Shown here: piece by piece, positions 10,674-22,614 of the stretch
Numbering within the stretch: position 1 is the stretch's first letter
Layout of the letters: every line of letters begins with the position of its first letter
Origin: Aureliella sp.
GTDB lineage: Bacteria > Planctomycetota > Planctomycetia > Pirellulales > Pirellulaceae
Direction of reading: 5' to 3'
Assembly: GCA_963691875.1 (NCBI GenBank)
Contig: OY829846.1
Span: forward strand, 512,001 to 576,000
DNA length: 64,000 nt
Position numbers and translations under genes: made by a program
The notes under the pieces: model-generated
The model's database searches: none
Seen by the model: the letters and a program-made list of their open reading frames with translations, nothing else
Told to the model about the DNA's origin: nothing

Positions 10674-11726
10674 ATGAAAGCTCTGATTACGGGAGGAGCA
10701 GGATTCATTGGCTCGAATCTAGTTCGCTACCTGATCCACAATGAAAATTGTACGGTTCTGAATTTCGATGCATTAACGTACGCTGGAAATCTCGCTTCGC
10801 TTTCGGATTTAGCCGAACATCCGCAGTACAAGTTCATTCAGGGCGACATCCGAAATCCCGTCGCGATTGCTGGGGCACTAACGGAGTTTCAACCTGATGT
10901 CGTCATGCATTTGGCAGCGGAGAGTCATGTCGACAGGTCGATTTCAAATCCGAATATGTTTGTGGAAACAAACGTGCTTGGCACCTGCAATATGCTCAAC
11001 GCGTCGCTGGAGTATTGGCAACAGTTAGCACCAGACCAAAAAGCGGGATTTCGTTTTTTACATGTATCTACCGATGAAGTCTTTGGTTCGCTTGGCGAAA
11101 CTGGCCTGTTCGATGAGACGACTAATTATGACCCGAGGTCTCCTTATTCGGCAAGTAAGGCGTCATCAGATCATCTCGTGCGTGCTTGGCATCACACGTA
11201 TGGTTTACCAACGCTCATCACCAACTGCTCTAACAATTACGGTCCTTTTCAATTCCCAGAAAAACTGATCCCAGTGGTGATTCTGAAGTGTATTCGAGAA
11301 GAAGAAATTCCAGTCTATGGCAAAGGGGACAATGTTCGGGATTGGCTTTTCGTTCGCGACCACTGCTCAGCTCTGTGGACCGTCGCAAACAAAGGCAAGT
11401 CTGGAGAAACATACGCCATCGGCGGGAATAATGAACTTCGTAATATCGATTTGGTGAATCTCATCTGTGAAAAACTCGATGGACTACGCCCCCGCCGCAA
11501 TGGCAAGAGCTACCAAGAGCTCATTGCGTTTGTGAAAGATCGTCCTGGCCATGACAAGCGCTATGCTATCGACGCCACGAAAATTCGTGATGAACTGTGT
11601 TGGCAGCCCACTCTTGATACGGCGCAAACGTTTGAGAACACCATTGTCTGGTACTTAGAAAATGAGGCCTGGTGGCAAGCGATACTCAGTGGGAATTATC
11701 GACTCGAGCGGCAGGGGATTGTGTAA
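10674..11726 (+). CDS. rfbB: dTDP-glucose 4,6-dehydratase
   Basis: MKALITGGAGFIGS, HLAAESHVDRS, HVSTDEVFG, YSASK, NNYGPFQFPEKLIP; ATG at 10674. Confidence 0.97.
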   Translation: MKALITGGAGFIGSNLVRYLIHNENCTVLNFDALTYAGNLASLSDLAEHPQYKFIQGDIRNPVAIAGALTEFQPDVVMHLAAESHVDRSISNPNMFVETNVLGTCNMLNASLEYWQQLAPDQKAGFRFLHVSTDEVFGSLGETGLFDETTNYDPRSPYSASKASSDHLVRAWHHTYGLPTLITNCSNNYGPFQFPEKLIPVVILKCIREEEIPVYGKGDNVRDWLFVRDHCSALWTVANKGKSGETYAIGGNNELRNIDLVNLICEKLDGLRPRRNGKSYQELIAFVKDRPGHDKRYAIDATKIRDELCWQPTLDTAQTFENTIVWYLENEAWWQAILSGNYRLERQGIV

Positions 11727-11727
11727 A

Positions 11728-12597
11728 ATGGTGATTATTCTCGGAGCTAGAGGATATGTGGGCAACGCATTTTGCCGCATGTTTGATGCGCAGTCGCTGA
11801 CTTATCAACCTGTTTCACGGAAAGACATAAATTACACCTGTGCAGATACGCTCTACAAATTTCTGAAAGAATGCAAACCGGACTTCTTGATTAATTGCGC
11901 TGGTTACACGGGAAAACCCAATGTCGATGCGTGCGAAATGCATAAGGCAGAGTGTTTAGCCGGCAATGCCGTTTTACCTGGAACGATTCGTAAAGCCTGC
12001 GAGCGACTTGACTTAGCTTGGGGGCACGTATCTTCAGGCTGCATCTTTACTGGAGCGCACCGGGACGGTTCCGGCTTTTGTGAAACCGACCCGCCCAACT
12101 TCAGCTTCAGAACTGACAATTGCAGCTTTTATTCCGGTACTAAAGCACTGGGTGAGGAAGTCTTGGCAGACAGCCCTAAAACCTACGTTTGGCGACTGCG
12201 AATACCCTTCGATAATCAAGATAGCCCACGCAATTACCTGGCTAAATTGATCAATTACAAATGCTTGCTCCAGGCAAGAAATTCAATCTCGCACCTTGAC
12301 GAGTTCGTCCGCGCGTGTTGGCACACCTGGGCAGTGGGGGCTGATTGCGGGATCTACAACGTTACGAACCCAGGTGCGGTGGACACCCGTCAAGTGGTTG
12401 GTCTGATTAAGAAGCATTTGCTACCTGATCGCCAATTTAAGTTTTTTGAGACGGAAGAAGAATTCATGAATGTCGCGGCTAAAACACCTAGGTCCAATTG
12501 CGTTTTAGACCCTACGCGAATTTTGGATACGGGTGCACAATTGTCGACGGCCGTGGATGCAATTGAAACGTCCCTGCGGGATTGGGAGAGAGCATGA
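11728..12597 (+). CDS. RmlD-fold NAD(P)-dependent sugar-nucleotide reductase, NRS/ER-like (possibly bifunctional 3,5-epimerase/4-reductase)
   Basis: GARGYVG Rossmann motif, [40 protein letters not shown]; lies between rfbB and rfbA. Confidence 0.8.
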   Translation: MVIILGARGYVGNAFCRMFDAQSLTYQPVSRKDINYTCADTLYKFLKECKPDFLINCAGYTGKPNVDACEMHKAECLAGNAVLPGTIRKACERLDLAWGHVSSGCIFTGAHRDGSGFCETDPPNFSFRTDNCSFYSGTKALGEEVLADSPKTYVWRLRIPFDNQDSPRNYLAKLINYKCLLQARNSISHLDEFVRACWHTWAVGADCGIYNVTNPGAVDTRQVVGLIKKHLLPDRQFKFFETEEEFMNVAAKTPRSNCVLDPTRILDTGAQLSTAVDAIETSLRDWERA

Positions 12598-13481
12598 GCG
12601 ATAACGACAGAAAAGGTATCATCCTTGCAGGCGGTAGTGGGAGTCGTTTGCACCCTATAACGCGTGCTGTGAGTAAGCAGTTGATGCCGATCTATGATAA
12701 GCCGATGATCTACTACCCGCTCTCAACTCTGATGCTTGCTGGGATTCGTAATGTTCTCATCATTTCAACACCAAGTGATTTACCACAGTTTCGACGGTTG
12801 CTAGGTGACGGTCGTCAGTGGGGCATCGAGATTTCGTATGCTGAACAACCTAGTCCTGATGGACTGGCACAGGCGTTCATTATTGGCGAGGAATTCATCG
12901 GTGACTCACCCGTCGCTTTAGTTTTGGGAGACAATATCTTTTACGGGCAAGGATTCGCAAAAACTCTGGGAGAGGTTTCGCAACGAACAGGTGGTGCAAC
13001 TATCTTTGGCTACAAAGTGAGTGATCCGGAACGCTATGGCGTTGTGGAATTTGATGCAGCGGGGCGTGCAGTTTCATTGGTTGAGAAACCAACCAACCCG
13101 GTCTCCGACTTCGCCATACCGGGGCTTTACTTCTACGATAATGACGTTGTCAGGCTAGCGAAGGATTTGAAGCCCTCACCGCGCGGAGAACTGGAAATTA
13201 CGGACATCAATCAGATCTACCTCGATCGTGGTAAACTACTGGTTGAACCTTTATCCCGAGGATTTGCGTGGCTCGATACCGGTACAAAGGATTCTCTGTT
13301 AGATGCCTGTAACTTTGTCGCCGCGGTCGAAAAGAGACAGGGACTGAAAATTGCATGCCTAGAAGAGATTGCATTCAGCCAGAGATTCATCTCTAGCGAT
13401 AGCCTTGCGACGCTTAGTAGAGAATATAAGAACGACTACGGGCAATACCTTCTGAAGATCGTTGAGCAAGAAACCCAGTGA
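12594..13481 (+). CDS. rfbA: Glucose-1-phosphate thymidylyltransferase
   Basis: [55 protein letters not shown]. Confidence 0.97.
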   Translation: MSDNDRKGIILAGGSGSRLHPITRAVSKQLMPIYDKPMIYYPLSTLMLAGIRNVLIISTPSDLPQFRRLLGDGRQWGIEISYAEQPSPDGLAQAFIIGEEFIGDSPVALVLGDNIFYGQGFAKTLGEVSQRTGGATIFGYKVSDPERYGVVEFDAAGRAVSLVEKPTNPVSDFAIPGLYFYDNDVVRLAKDLKPSPRGELEITDINQIYLDRGKLLVEPLSRGFAWLDTGTKDSLLDACNFVAAVEKRQGLKIACLEEIAFSQRFISSDSLATLSREYKNDYGQYLLKIVEQETQ

Positions 13482-14061
13482 CCCGCGGCTGAACTTCCGA
13501 TCAAATCGGGAGTCCAACCTTAGTTCCTCAGATTCAACTACCTTGGCATTGAGATGCCTCGATAAGTATCAAGAGTCGCATACTCTAGTTGGAGTCTGAG
13601 ACCAGGGAATGGGTCTGGCGAGCCGCGGACAAAGGAACGATCAGTTGATCAAGATCGTTCTTTGCAAAACAAGTCACCACCGATTGTTCCATCGAAATGG
13701 AAGGCAAAGTACGCACCGCGGCGAGGGCCTTCACCGACCAGGTGTCCTAATAGCCATGCGCTCCGCAATATCATCGACTCTAGTGTAGCCGCATCTACGG
13801 GTGAAGCCCTACCTCATTTCGATTCGCTCGTCGGTCAGGATTGTGGTTTTATCGTCATGGAAATTCAACGAGCTGCGTCTCGGAGGGGATATTTCCGTCG
13901 TGCAGACAGTGGATTCTGCGCATAACCGCTCTCGCCCACCCATTTGTTCATGTCAACCGAAACAGATGACCTAGGCTAGATATCCTCGTAGGAACAAGAT
14001 TGTTTCGAACTTTGTTACAACCAGACTGCCGCTTCCAGATTTCTAATTCAGCGGGCACGAA

Positions 14062-14436
14062 TTAGTCGACGTCTATGACTCCCAATCTACTCAAAGTCAT
14101 CAAAACGAAGACTAGAATCGGGATTGCCGTCAAACCAAATGCGAAGCAGCCGAGCGAAACGGGAACTACCTGTCGACTTCTCCCTAAAGCGATTGCAAGC
14201 GGAATCCCGAGTGCAACGAACAGTAACGCAATAGCAATTAGCATGAGGGCATCTGATAATTGGGCTTCGGCGATTGTATGAACGCCCTGCTGTAGTTTCG
14301 CTACTCCTTGAAAGATGCATATGATCCATGCCCAAAGTGCAGTGTAAGCAAGCACGCTCGCGAGCGTAACTCTTCGTCCACCAACTGCCTTCTGCCGCCT
14401 TTTGGTTTTGCCACTTGCTTGTCCGTCGATTGTCAT
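14062..14436 (-). CDS. Small membrane protein, hypothetical
   Basis: 124 aa with three hydrophobic segments after a basic N-terminus. Confidence 0.6.
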   Translation of the reverse strand: MTIDGQASGKTKRRQKAVGGRRVTLASVLAYTALWAWIICIFQGVAKLQQGVHTIAEAQLSDALMLIAIALLFVALGIPLAIALGRSRQVVPVSLGCFAFGLTAIPILVFVLMTLSRLGVIDVD

Positions 14437-14886
14437 TGAGTCTTAGTCTGAATTGAGTGCTTCGGAAATGAACTAACGGTTACTGGACCGAATTATTTGG
14501 CTGTTTCCTTTCCCGTCGATTTTATTGCGATTTTGATGCTAGGTTTGTTTCGCTTGCCGCCCGATACGTAAAGACAAAGGCGGCAATCGTGCGCGAGCTA
14601 CGACATGTAACATCCTCCTCCTTTCCGAGATGAACTGCTCGTGAAATGGTCCGGACAGCGAGCACATTTAGGATAGGCACGATCCAAAGAATTGGTATTG
14701 ATCTCAAGGTCTTCGTTGCATGCGACAATGGTTAGGTCTCACTGACTTTAATTCTCCTTTGGCTTTGTCTGCGGGAGGATGGCAAGCACTTGACGCGGCC
14801 AGTCTCTTTATTGGAACGATCGGTGGCTGCGAAATATGATCCTGACGAATTCCCCTCCCACCCCCAAAGAACGAGGGATGTCGCCC

Positions 14887-17800
14887 TCAAAGGGTCTTCA
14901 GATACGCAACCAAGTCGCGAACCTGTCGCAGATTCAGAATCGATTTCGGGTCTGGCATAGCGGTCGTCGGCTTAGTTTGTGTCGCGATATCCGACCGGGC
15001 AATGACTTTGGTAGAACTGTCGGGGAGTCGCAGCTTTACTTCGGTCTCAGATTCAGCTGCTAGCACACCTTGAATTGTGTTGCCATCGGTCAGCAGGATA
15101 TTGACCGTACCATAGCCCGCCACGATCTTGGCAGTTGGATCGATGATTGACTGCAGGAGATACTTACGATCCTGTTGCTTGCCTATGCCTTCCAAGCTGG
15201 GCCCAACCTGTTTATCGGTGGCTTTCAAGGCATGGCATTTCGAGCATTGCAACTCTGTGTTGAACCGAAATAGTTGCCCGCCAACGCGAGGATCGCCACC
15301 GTGCAGTGCCGCCGAATACCGATCGAGGAGATCTCCGGAAGCGAGTTTGGCTTGATATGCTTTGAGCTTGTTATCGATGTTTGAATCAAGTCCCGCACAA
15401 ATGGCAGCAACTGCCAGCACCTCCAATTTGACCTCAGGTAAAATCTCGCCGTTGGCCAATTCGTCCAGTAACTGATGGACGATTGAGACTTTCGAAGACA
15501 TCGTCGGTACCAGTTCGATCGCACGCTGCAGCTCTTGCGGATGACGTGATTGCTTGAGCGTTTGCAACAGATAGGATTCGACGGCCTCGTCGGCCAATGA
15601 TGCTTTTCTCAGCCTTGCAGCCGCATTTGCCCTAACGAGCGGGGAGTCACTGGAAAGCAGCTTTACTCCCGTCGCAGCGAACATTTCCGGATCGCTGTGT
15701 TGCAGCCAGTCCAACCAGCCAACTCGGATTGACTCTTGCTGATTCTCATCGAGTACGTATCGGTTTGCACGTTCCTTCTCCTCTGCTGTTGGTTGGATAC
15801 GTTTCAGCAATGTTATCGCGAGCTGAGAGACTTTATCGTCCTTGCTGCCTGTCAGAGTCCAGAGGTTTGCACCGATCGCATTTCGTAATGCTGCCCGACG
15901 TCCTTCATTTAGGGGAAAATACCGACCGTCCACGGGATCTAGCATCAATCGATCTTGCCAAGTCTGCAACGCATATAACGCCTCCAGTTGGATCGTCGAG
16001 TCGATTTGCGGTGACTTCAACAGCTCAACGATCCGCTTCGCCGCGCTTTCGGTACCAAGGCGACGATTCGCCGCGATCGCGCGAACATTGACCGGTGTCG
16101 GTTGGTTTGCGCCGAGCTGTAATGACAATTGCTGCAGGATTTCAGGATGTTTGCTAAACGTATCTGGGACTGCTTCGTCATAGATGGCGCGAAAAGCATC
16201 CGACCTGATTTGCGATGATTCATCCTGCAGAAAGTTGGTTAGTTGCTGTGTTGCCCCCTTGCGTCGTAGTGCGCTGACTGCAGCAATTCGTACTGCCTCC
16301 GACGGATGCTTTGCAAGCTGCTGTAACGCCGATGCAGTCGTTGTGCCAGCCAGCCCGATCACTCCTGCATGTCGTAGTACCGGCTGCTCGTCATTCGCTT
16401 CTTCTAGTAATGCGCAGAGAGACTCAAAGGCGTCTTTGCTTCGCAGATTGCCACATGCGATGGCAGCGTGCATTCGAACGCGGGGCGATTCGTCCTTCAA
16501 TAGAGTGGGGATCAGGTTATTGGGATCGAAACGAAGATCGCCGGACCATCGCGCAGTTTGAGCGCGTATTTCAGCGTTCCCATCGGCGCATAAGTCTGCA
16601 AGTAGCTTCGTATCCTTGTGTTCCAGCTGACCGAGCGCCCACAGACAGTGCAGACGGGGCAGCAGTTTTGCCTGTCGATCAACAACTAATTCCTCGAGTA
16701 CTTCAACCTGCCGCCGCTCTACCAGTTCAAACTGTGCTTGCTGACGTATGCGACGATCAGAATGCGCTAATAGCCTCAGGAGTTCTTCCACCGACTGCAG
16801 TTTGATTCGGCCGGCGAGCAACTCGTTCACGTCCTTGGTTTGCGAATTGGCTTCCCCCTGCAAAGCCCATAGCTGACTCCGCTCGCCTGCCGGCCGCCAC
16901 AGAGTGAAGTACATTCGACCGTCGGGGCCGATTGTCGAAGTGAGCACTTGGCTGCCTAATGCCCCAACAACAACTTCGTTGCCTTCGCGCTTAAAGCTCG
17001 CCCCGTCGGCGACCATTCTGAATGCGCGAATCTCTCCTTTGAGACCCACTAAGAAATGGCCAGAATACTTTCCGCCAAGCGCAGCACCTGGCTGAAAGGA
17101 AAAAGCTGCCGGTGCATTCCAGCTGTTCTCGATCGGTGGCAGAATGTGCGACGGTTGCCCTTTGTGAAAAGGAATCCACATCTTTTCATTCAGCCAAGGA
17201 TTATACATGTCAGGACGTGTCGCGTTAGTAAGTCCAGTGTCTTGGCGATATTGGTAATACATCCGCCAACCTGAATCTGAACCTTCGGGCAAATAAACAA
17301 GGCGTTCGCTTTCTCCTTGAAAGTCGGCGTCGTGGTCGATTGAAAACAGATTTCCATAGTCATCAAAATCAATGTACTGGCAGTTGCGCAAACCGTACGC
17401 AAATAATTCCAACTCCGTACCGTCGGGATTGCTGCGCAAAATACAACCGGAGTGTGGGTTTCTAACTGTGCGACCATCTTTTGAGACTACGTTCGCACCT
17501 CGATCTCCCATACTCCAGTACAGCTTTCCGTCATAACCTTGGATTACACTATGTAGATCGTGATTGCCATAGCCAATGTGCGGTGCAAAGCCATGCGCAA
17601 CACTTTCACGATGGTCGGCTTTCCCATCACCGTTGGTATCGGTCAGTTTCCAGAGATCTGGAATGATCGTTGCGTAGACGTCGCCATTGATCGGTGCCAC
17701 GCTATGGGCGACGCCGGTGATAATGCTGTTGAAGCCATCGGCGAAAAGCGTGGCCTGGTCATAGACTCCGTCATCATCGGCATCCTGCAGTGTGTAGATT

Positions 17801-18255
17801 TTCTCACTGCGGACCTGCAAATCATCCTTGTCAATATCGCCGTCCTTATCAAAGTCTAATATGGACTGGCGTTTAGCCATTTCGGAAGAAAAATACGCCT
17901 CAATGAATTGGCGTTTCGATTGGGTCGAGGTTAACCCCATGCACTGTTCCTGCAAGAAACGCGATTGTACCTTGACGCGACCGGATTGGATCAGGCTAAT
18001 TTCCTCCCTCATTTGTCGTTGGGTCTCCGTGACATAGACCGTGCCGTCTACGTCGACTCCAACGCCGAGAATGGGGAACGGCATCGATTGGCGAGCCATG
18101 ATGGGTACCGCCTTCAGGCCTCGTTGTCCGTTGAGTGTTCCAGGGATCCGTTCCTCATCGGCCGCCGAGATCGGGAGCGTCACAAAACAGATTATGAACA
18201 ACCACAGATTTCGCCTTATAAATGGACTCATCGTAAACATTCCAAGCTTTATCAA
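14887..18255 (-). CDS. PVC-type membrane-bound dehydrogenase-like protein (beta-propeller, HEAT repeats, cytochrome c)
   Basis: Signal peptide, DxDxDG repeats, GLRN propeller motif, HEAT-like repeats, C-terminal CSKCH heme-c motif with GPSL and distal MP; exact start uncertain. Confidence 0.9.
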   Translation of the reverse strand: MIKLGMFTMSPFIRRNLWLFIICFVTLPISAADEERIPGTLNGQRGLKAVPIMARQSMPFPILGVGVDVDGTVYVTETQRQMREEISLIQSGRVKVQSRFLQEQCMGLTSTQSKRQFIEAYFSSEMAKRQSILDFDKDGDIDKDDLQVRSEKIYTLQDADDDGVYDQATLFADGFNSIITGVAHSVAPINGDVYATIIPDLWKLTDTNGDGKADHRESVAHGFAPHIGYGNHDLHSVIQGYDGKLYWSMGDRGANVVSKDGRTVRNPHSGCILRSNPDGTELELFAYGLRNCQYIDFDDYGNLFSIDHDADFQGESERLVYLPEGSDSGWRMYYQYRQDTGLTNATRPDMYNPWLNEKMWIPFHKGQPSHILPPIENSWNAPAAFSFQPGAALGGKYSGHFLVGLKGEIRAFRMVADGASFKREGNEVVVGALGSQVLTSTIGPDGRMYFTLWRPAGERSQLWALQGEANSQTKDVNELLAGRIKLQSVEELLRLLAHSDRRIRQQAQFELVERRQVEVLEELVVDRQAKLLPRLHCLWALGQLEHKDTKLLADLCADGNAEIRAQTARWSGDLRFDPNNLIPTLLKDESPRVRMHAAIACGNLRSKDAFESLCALLEEANDEQPVLRHAGVIGLAGTTTASALQQLAKHPSEAVRIAAVSALRRKGATQQLTNFLQDESSQIRSDAFRAIYDEAVPDTFSKHPEILQQLSLQLGANQPTPVNVRAIAANRRLGTESAAKRIVELLKSPQIDSTIQLEALYALQTWQDRLMLDPVDGRYFPLNEGRRAALRNAIGANLWTLTGSKDDKVSQLAITLLKRIQPTAEEKERANRYVLDENQQESIRVGWLDWLQHSDPEMFAATGVKLLSSDSPLVRANAAARLRKASLADEAVESYLLQTLKQSRHPQELQRAIELVPTMSSKVSIVHQLLDELANGEILPEVKLEVLAVAAICAGLDSNIDNKLKAYQAKLASGDLLDRYSAALHGGDPRVGGQLFRFNTELQCSKCHALKATDKQVGPSLEGIGKQQDRKYLLQSIIDPTAKIVAGYGTVNILLTDGNTIQGVLAAESETEVKLRLPDSSTKVIARSDIATQTKPTTAMPDPKSILNLRQVRDLVAYLKTL

Positions 18256-19358
18256 AAAAAAAGGAAATGCTGCTCGAACACCTCACGGTCAGATGGGTGC
18301 TGGGAAAGCAATCGATAACAACTTTTAAAGGTAGAATCCGCTATTTCCGCACATTGCGGCAGACCTCTGAACTGCGATTGTAAAGTAGTGAACTAAGTCC
18401 AAATTCAAAACAAGGAATAGCACTTGGAAAAGAGAAATCTAGATGCGGAATTCCATGTAAGGTTCCCTGCCGGGAAGCGAGGAATTCTTTGAACTCTACC
18501 TCAGTGAAGTCAGTCACGAGCTATGCAATGGACGGGCAGCTTTGATGGCTTAAATCAGGACGCCTACTTGAGCCACAGAGACTGTAGCACGCCCAACAAA
18601 GCGACGGACAGACAACACGCTGGAGCCATCTGGCTGAGTAATTAGCTGCAATCCCGTCGTAGTCGGGGCGATTTCCACCAGCGTTTATGAGTCGAGGACC
18701 AGCAAGTCATTTCGGCCAGCTCATTTGGTTAAAGTATCAGATTTTTAGTCTGAGTGTAGAGGATTCTATTCCCGAACTTGAAACATGACTGGAAAGCTAC
18801 CTCGGTTCCGGAAACATCCTCTCTTACTGTTAACTAATCACGGACATGCTAGAGAAAGCACTTTTGTTTGGCGGTAAAGCACCTCACCAGCTCGACATTT
18901 TATCTTTGGACTTACAAATCGATGAAGGCGTTAATTACATTGAAACGGGGGGCATGCCGGAAGCACCTGCGGAATTTGGCTGCGTCTCTGTGGATTGTTC
19001 TCGTACAGGGCGGCCAGAATTCCGCTATCGTGAGGCTGCCCCTGTCAAACTCCCTAGATTACGCCGTCCACTGCTCAGCCACGTACTTTTGCCGTTGCAT
19101 CGATTCTCCTCAGAAGAAACCCGAAGCGCACGCGATCTTTCGACCTGTGCCTCATCGGGCATTTACCAATTGCCAGGTTTTTGAATCAGCTCTCCACGGA
19201 CCTCCAGGTTCATGACAAGTTTGTCTTTCATAACGGAATCCAACTGATCGCTCCGTCCTTGATGGAATGAAATACCCTCGTATGGCTGCCGGAAATCCAG
19301 CGTTGGTAAACGGAAAAAAGTTCGAAACGTATCAAGTTGGGGAGGGGCAGACAGATAC

Positions 19359-20732
19359 TCAATGAGTCGGATCTTGCCGTTTTGGCTGCAATGCTGTGGC
19401 AGGCTTCGTCCCGTTGTATTGAATCGCACCGATATCCCAGTTACCGGTCTTCGGCAATGGACGGCCTTCAAAGTCTGTTTGATAGAACTCGCTCAGGTTG
19501 ATCGCTTTACCCCGTAATGGGCTATCGACTTTGAGGTGAAAATCTTGTTCGTCGAGATCGACAAGGCCCGGATCGCCGCTTCCTGCCTGATTGCTGTCCC
19601 CCTGATATTTCGTGCTGGCGGATTGATATTTTGAATACCAATTCGCTGTTTTCAGGGCGCCGCGAGATCGATTGCCGGTATAAGGAGAGGACGAATAGAT
19701 AAACAGATTGTTCCTGAAGTGGGCCCCCGAAGGTTTGCCGACAGGGCTGCCTCCTCGAACATCAATCCTGGCGCAGGCATTCTGGGATCTACCGAATCCG
19801 TTGTATCTGGCAATCGTATTGTTATCAAAATAGATGCCATTGCATGGGGCCAACATGAACAGCCATGATTGTCCATCGTAACACACGTTGAAAGACACTC
19901 TCCAGTTATAGATTTCCTGTCGATATCGCGGCCAATCGTAATCCCAGCTGGATTCAATGAACCCGGCATTCCCTTCTGAATAGTTGTGATGAATATAAAT
20001 GTTTTTCTTATGAAATCTGCCGCAATCGATTTCGATAGCACCCCCGTCTGAACCCCAAGGGCTGTCCTTGGTGCCAAAGTTTTTAATTGTGTTGTATGAC
20101 ACTTCCTGGTTGCCGATGTTTAGGTGTATCCCCATCGGCCCCCAGCTGCTTTTCGACGTTCTCCACAGTGCATAACTTGGTCCATCCAGATAATTCTCTG
20201 TGATCAAGGTATGCTCGCCAGCTGACATGATGCCCTGGCCGGTCTTGATGAATTCATTGTTTCGGATAACGCAATGATTCGCACCGTGTTCAATACGGAG
20301 TGCGGCCAGTCTCGTCATGATGATCATCCCCGATACGTGCTCCCCTGGGGTGTCGTGAAAATGCAGGTGTTCTACGATGATATAGTCGCCGCCCAGGATC
20401 ATCGCGTTGCCGCTGGCATCACGGATCGTGGGATTGGTAAACTTGGGCAGCTCGCCCGTCCCGTAGGAAGTCAGTCTTATCGGCTTGGCAGCTGTGCCGG
20501 ATACACTAATACGAATACTTCCGGAGAAGGCAGACCCCTTCTTGAAGTGGATTACATCTCCTGGCGCCAGCGGTGCTGATTCTACTTTCGTATGCGACTT
20601 CCACGGATCGTGTATTGAGAAACCGTCATTACTATCGGATCCGTTAACAGAATCGATGTAATAATCAGCACCAGGGCAATGTGCGACTAGCATGCAGTAA
20701 AACAACAGAACAAGTGACGCGAAGTGTTTCAT
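19359..20732 (-). CDS. Secreted right-handed parallel beta-helix (pectin-lyase-like) protein
   Basis: Signal peptide, YYIDSVNGSDSNDG...PWKS, PGDVIHFKKGS, DGGAIEID, C-terminal DFHLKVDSP...DIGAIQY. Confidence 0.85.
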   Translation of the reverse strand: MKHFASLVLLFYCMLVAHCPGADYYIDSVNGSDSNDGFSIHDPWKSHTKVESAPLAPGDVIHFKKGSAFSGSIRISVSGTAAKPIRLTSYGTGELPKFTNPTIRDASGNAMILGGDYIIVEHLHFHDTPGEHVSGMIIMTRLAALRIEHGANHCVIRNNEFIKTGQGIMSAGEHTLITENYLDGPSYALWRTSKSSWGPMGIHLNIGNQEVSYNTIKNFGTKDSPWGSDGGAIEIDCGRFHKKNIYIHHNYSEGNAGFIESSWDYDWPRYRQEIYNWRVSFNVCYDGQSWLFMLAPCNGIYFDNNTIARYNGFGRSQNACARIDVRGGSPVGKPSGAHFRNNLFIYSSSPYTGNRSRGALKTANWYSKYQSASTKYQGDSNQAGSGDPGLVDLDEQDFHLKVDSPLRGKAINLSEFYQTDFEGRPLPKTGNWDIGAIQYNGTKPATALQPKRQDPTH

Positions 20733-21195
20733 AGTATTAATCACCTGAACCACGAAGGATTTGATACCAATGTCGGTCAGTCCTATCATTGCTGAAAGGA
20801 CAAGAAAAGGGGGCAGGCGGCTTCATCCCCGTCGTGCGAAAGAATCGGCCAGTGTTTTGGGTTAAGATACTGCGCGGGACTGACCTTGTGGCTCCTAATC
20901 GCATGTACGATCTAATCGGACGTGCCATGTTTGTTGATACCCAACCCGTTTCTGCTAATAAGAAAGAAATTCCTGTTTCCGCTGTCATGTGGAATGTTTC
21001 GCAGATTGGATCTCCACACTTACGCGCGGCTGCACCGGTTCATTACCAATGAATGGAATGAAGTCTGCGCCTTGAGATTTGACGTAAAGATATTGAATTC
21101 TGCAGTCAGGCGGCTGCCGAAAGTAATCAAGTTCGGCCTGCCTAAAGGGGGAACGTATCGGTGGCGATTCGGTCCATGCATGACGAGGAGCTGCA

Positions 21196-22044
21196 TTGAA
21201 GATGGGATTTTCGATGTTACGAGCTGCCAAAGAATTGATCGTTTGGTCGTCAAAACTCGAGGCCAGTGTAGAAGTGGAGATCCAACAGGATCCACCAGGC
21301 CCAGCTCAGATGGAAGCGCTCGATCGTTTGCATCCCGATTTCGGAACTCTCTACAACGACCATAGTGGCTTATACGTCCGATGGGAACTTTCCCCGGAAT
21401 GCGAGGGCCGACTATGGATCTTGACGCCGGATGAACAACTGTGTCAAGCGTCCAAGTACTGGGATGACTTTTCCGACGATGAAGTTATTGAGACGGCAAT
21501 CAGAAAGCACAGCGATCCGGATATCTGGCTGCCAATTGCGCGCAGTCTTGTGCCGTTTTATGATTATGCGAACGGGAATCTATTATGCGTCAGTCAACTT
21601 GATCGAAAGGTCTACTTTCACGAGCATGGAGAGGGGGAGCTAATCGCCGTTTGCGACAACCTCATTGATTTTTACCGCGGTTGGTCCTTTGTGCGATACG
21701 CGGCCCCGTATGGATGGCGACATGTGGGGCGACTGGGTTTCTCGGAACAATTATTTGAGCTCCCAGATGAGCCTGCTGACCTAGATAATCCCATTCTGAA
21801 AGATATCTTGTTTCAAATAACACGCAAGCTTACCGCTCGTGAGGTGCGACAGTTTGAGAGCTACTTTCCATCGAATACAAACCTGGTTCAACTGAAAAAG
21901 CATCTGGAATCTGGAAATGAACTTACCCTTGTTCGCTGGAAAAGAGAGGATAATCTCGGTGAGCACCTTGCACTGTTAGATCGCATCGATGCCCGATACA
22001 GGGTGATCAATTCAAATTTCGGGCTGGGACTCCCAAATAAATGA
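21196..22044 (+). CDS. SMI1/KNR4 (SUKH) family immunity-like protein
   Basis: LHPDFGTLYNDHSG, LVPFYDYANGNLLCV, VYFHEH...VCDNLIDF match the SUKH core; extra C-terminal domain; start uncertain. Confidence 0.7.
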   Translation: MKMGFSMLRAAKELIVWSSKLEASVEVEIQQDPPGPAQMEALDRLHPDFGTLYNDHSGLYVRWELSPECEGRLWILTPDEQLCQASKYWDDFSDDEVIETAIRKHSDPDIWLPIARSLVPFYDYANGNLLCVSQLDRKVYFHEHGEGELIAVCDNLIDFYRGWSFVRYAAPYGWRHVGRLGFSEQLFELPDEPADLDNPILKDILFQITRKLTAREVRQFESYFPSNTNLVQLKKHLESGNELTLVRWKREDNLGEHLALLDRIDARYRVINSNFGLGLPNK

Positions 22045-22416
22045 CAACACGCCGTTGTTACGCACTCTGCTTGCTCTCCGCCACGTGCAAAAAGTCAGCT
22101 CTATCAATTATACGGCGGTGGCTCGAGTTATCTCGGAGAGTCGGCATTGCCTTCCGCTCACGTCGTATTCATGATAGTCGGCTCACACACGAGCACTTGA
22201 AGATTGAATTTTACGCTCGCACGATAGATCTTCTCAAACAGTGAAAGTTGCTGGGTGTTTCCTCCGTGTAGCTTGTTATTGCCTACACTGCCGTAGGCCA
22301 CGCAACGAATCCACGCGAGATCATTCTCGAAATCATCATCGAAACGATGAAAGACGACCGAGTCTACGCGGTCCGAGTCATACTTCGACTACATTTCGAA
22401 GATGAGGTTCCCGCCT

Positions 22417-22614
22417 TCATCTGTAACGCATAGTACAACGATAGGCATCGAAATCCCAATTAGCCCACAACGTCGATAGGTCATCCATGTCGGTGCCGAT
22501 AATCGCTAGGACTCCATCCTCCCAATCGATATCTTGAGCCGCACACTGATTCACGTTGAGGTTGGTGGTGATTGTTGCGAACAGCAGTGACGTCAGTGTT
22601 GACTGGGCGAACAT
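22417..22614 (-). pseudogene. Fragment of a secreted/extracellular repeat-protein gene
   Basis: Signal-like N-terminus followed by DGVLAIIGTDMDD, then abrupt end. Confidence 0.35.

Noticed and set aside
13490..14050. Possible IS remnant after rfbA
   Set aside because: No transposase motif, terminal inverted repeats or target duplication recognised
18846..19215. Short ORFs with a faint helicase-C-like look (DEGVN...MPEAPAEF...SRTGR)
   Set aside because: Motifs too degenerate to support a call without a search
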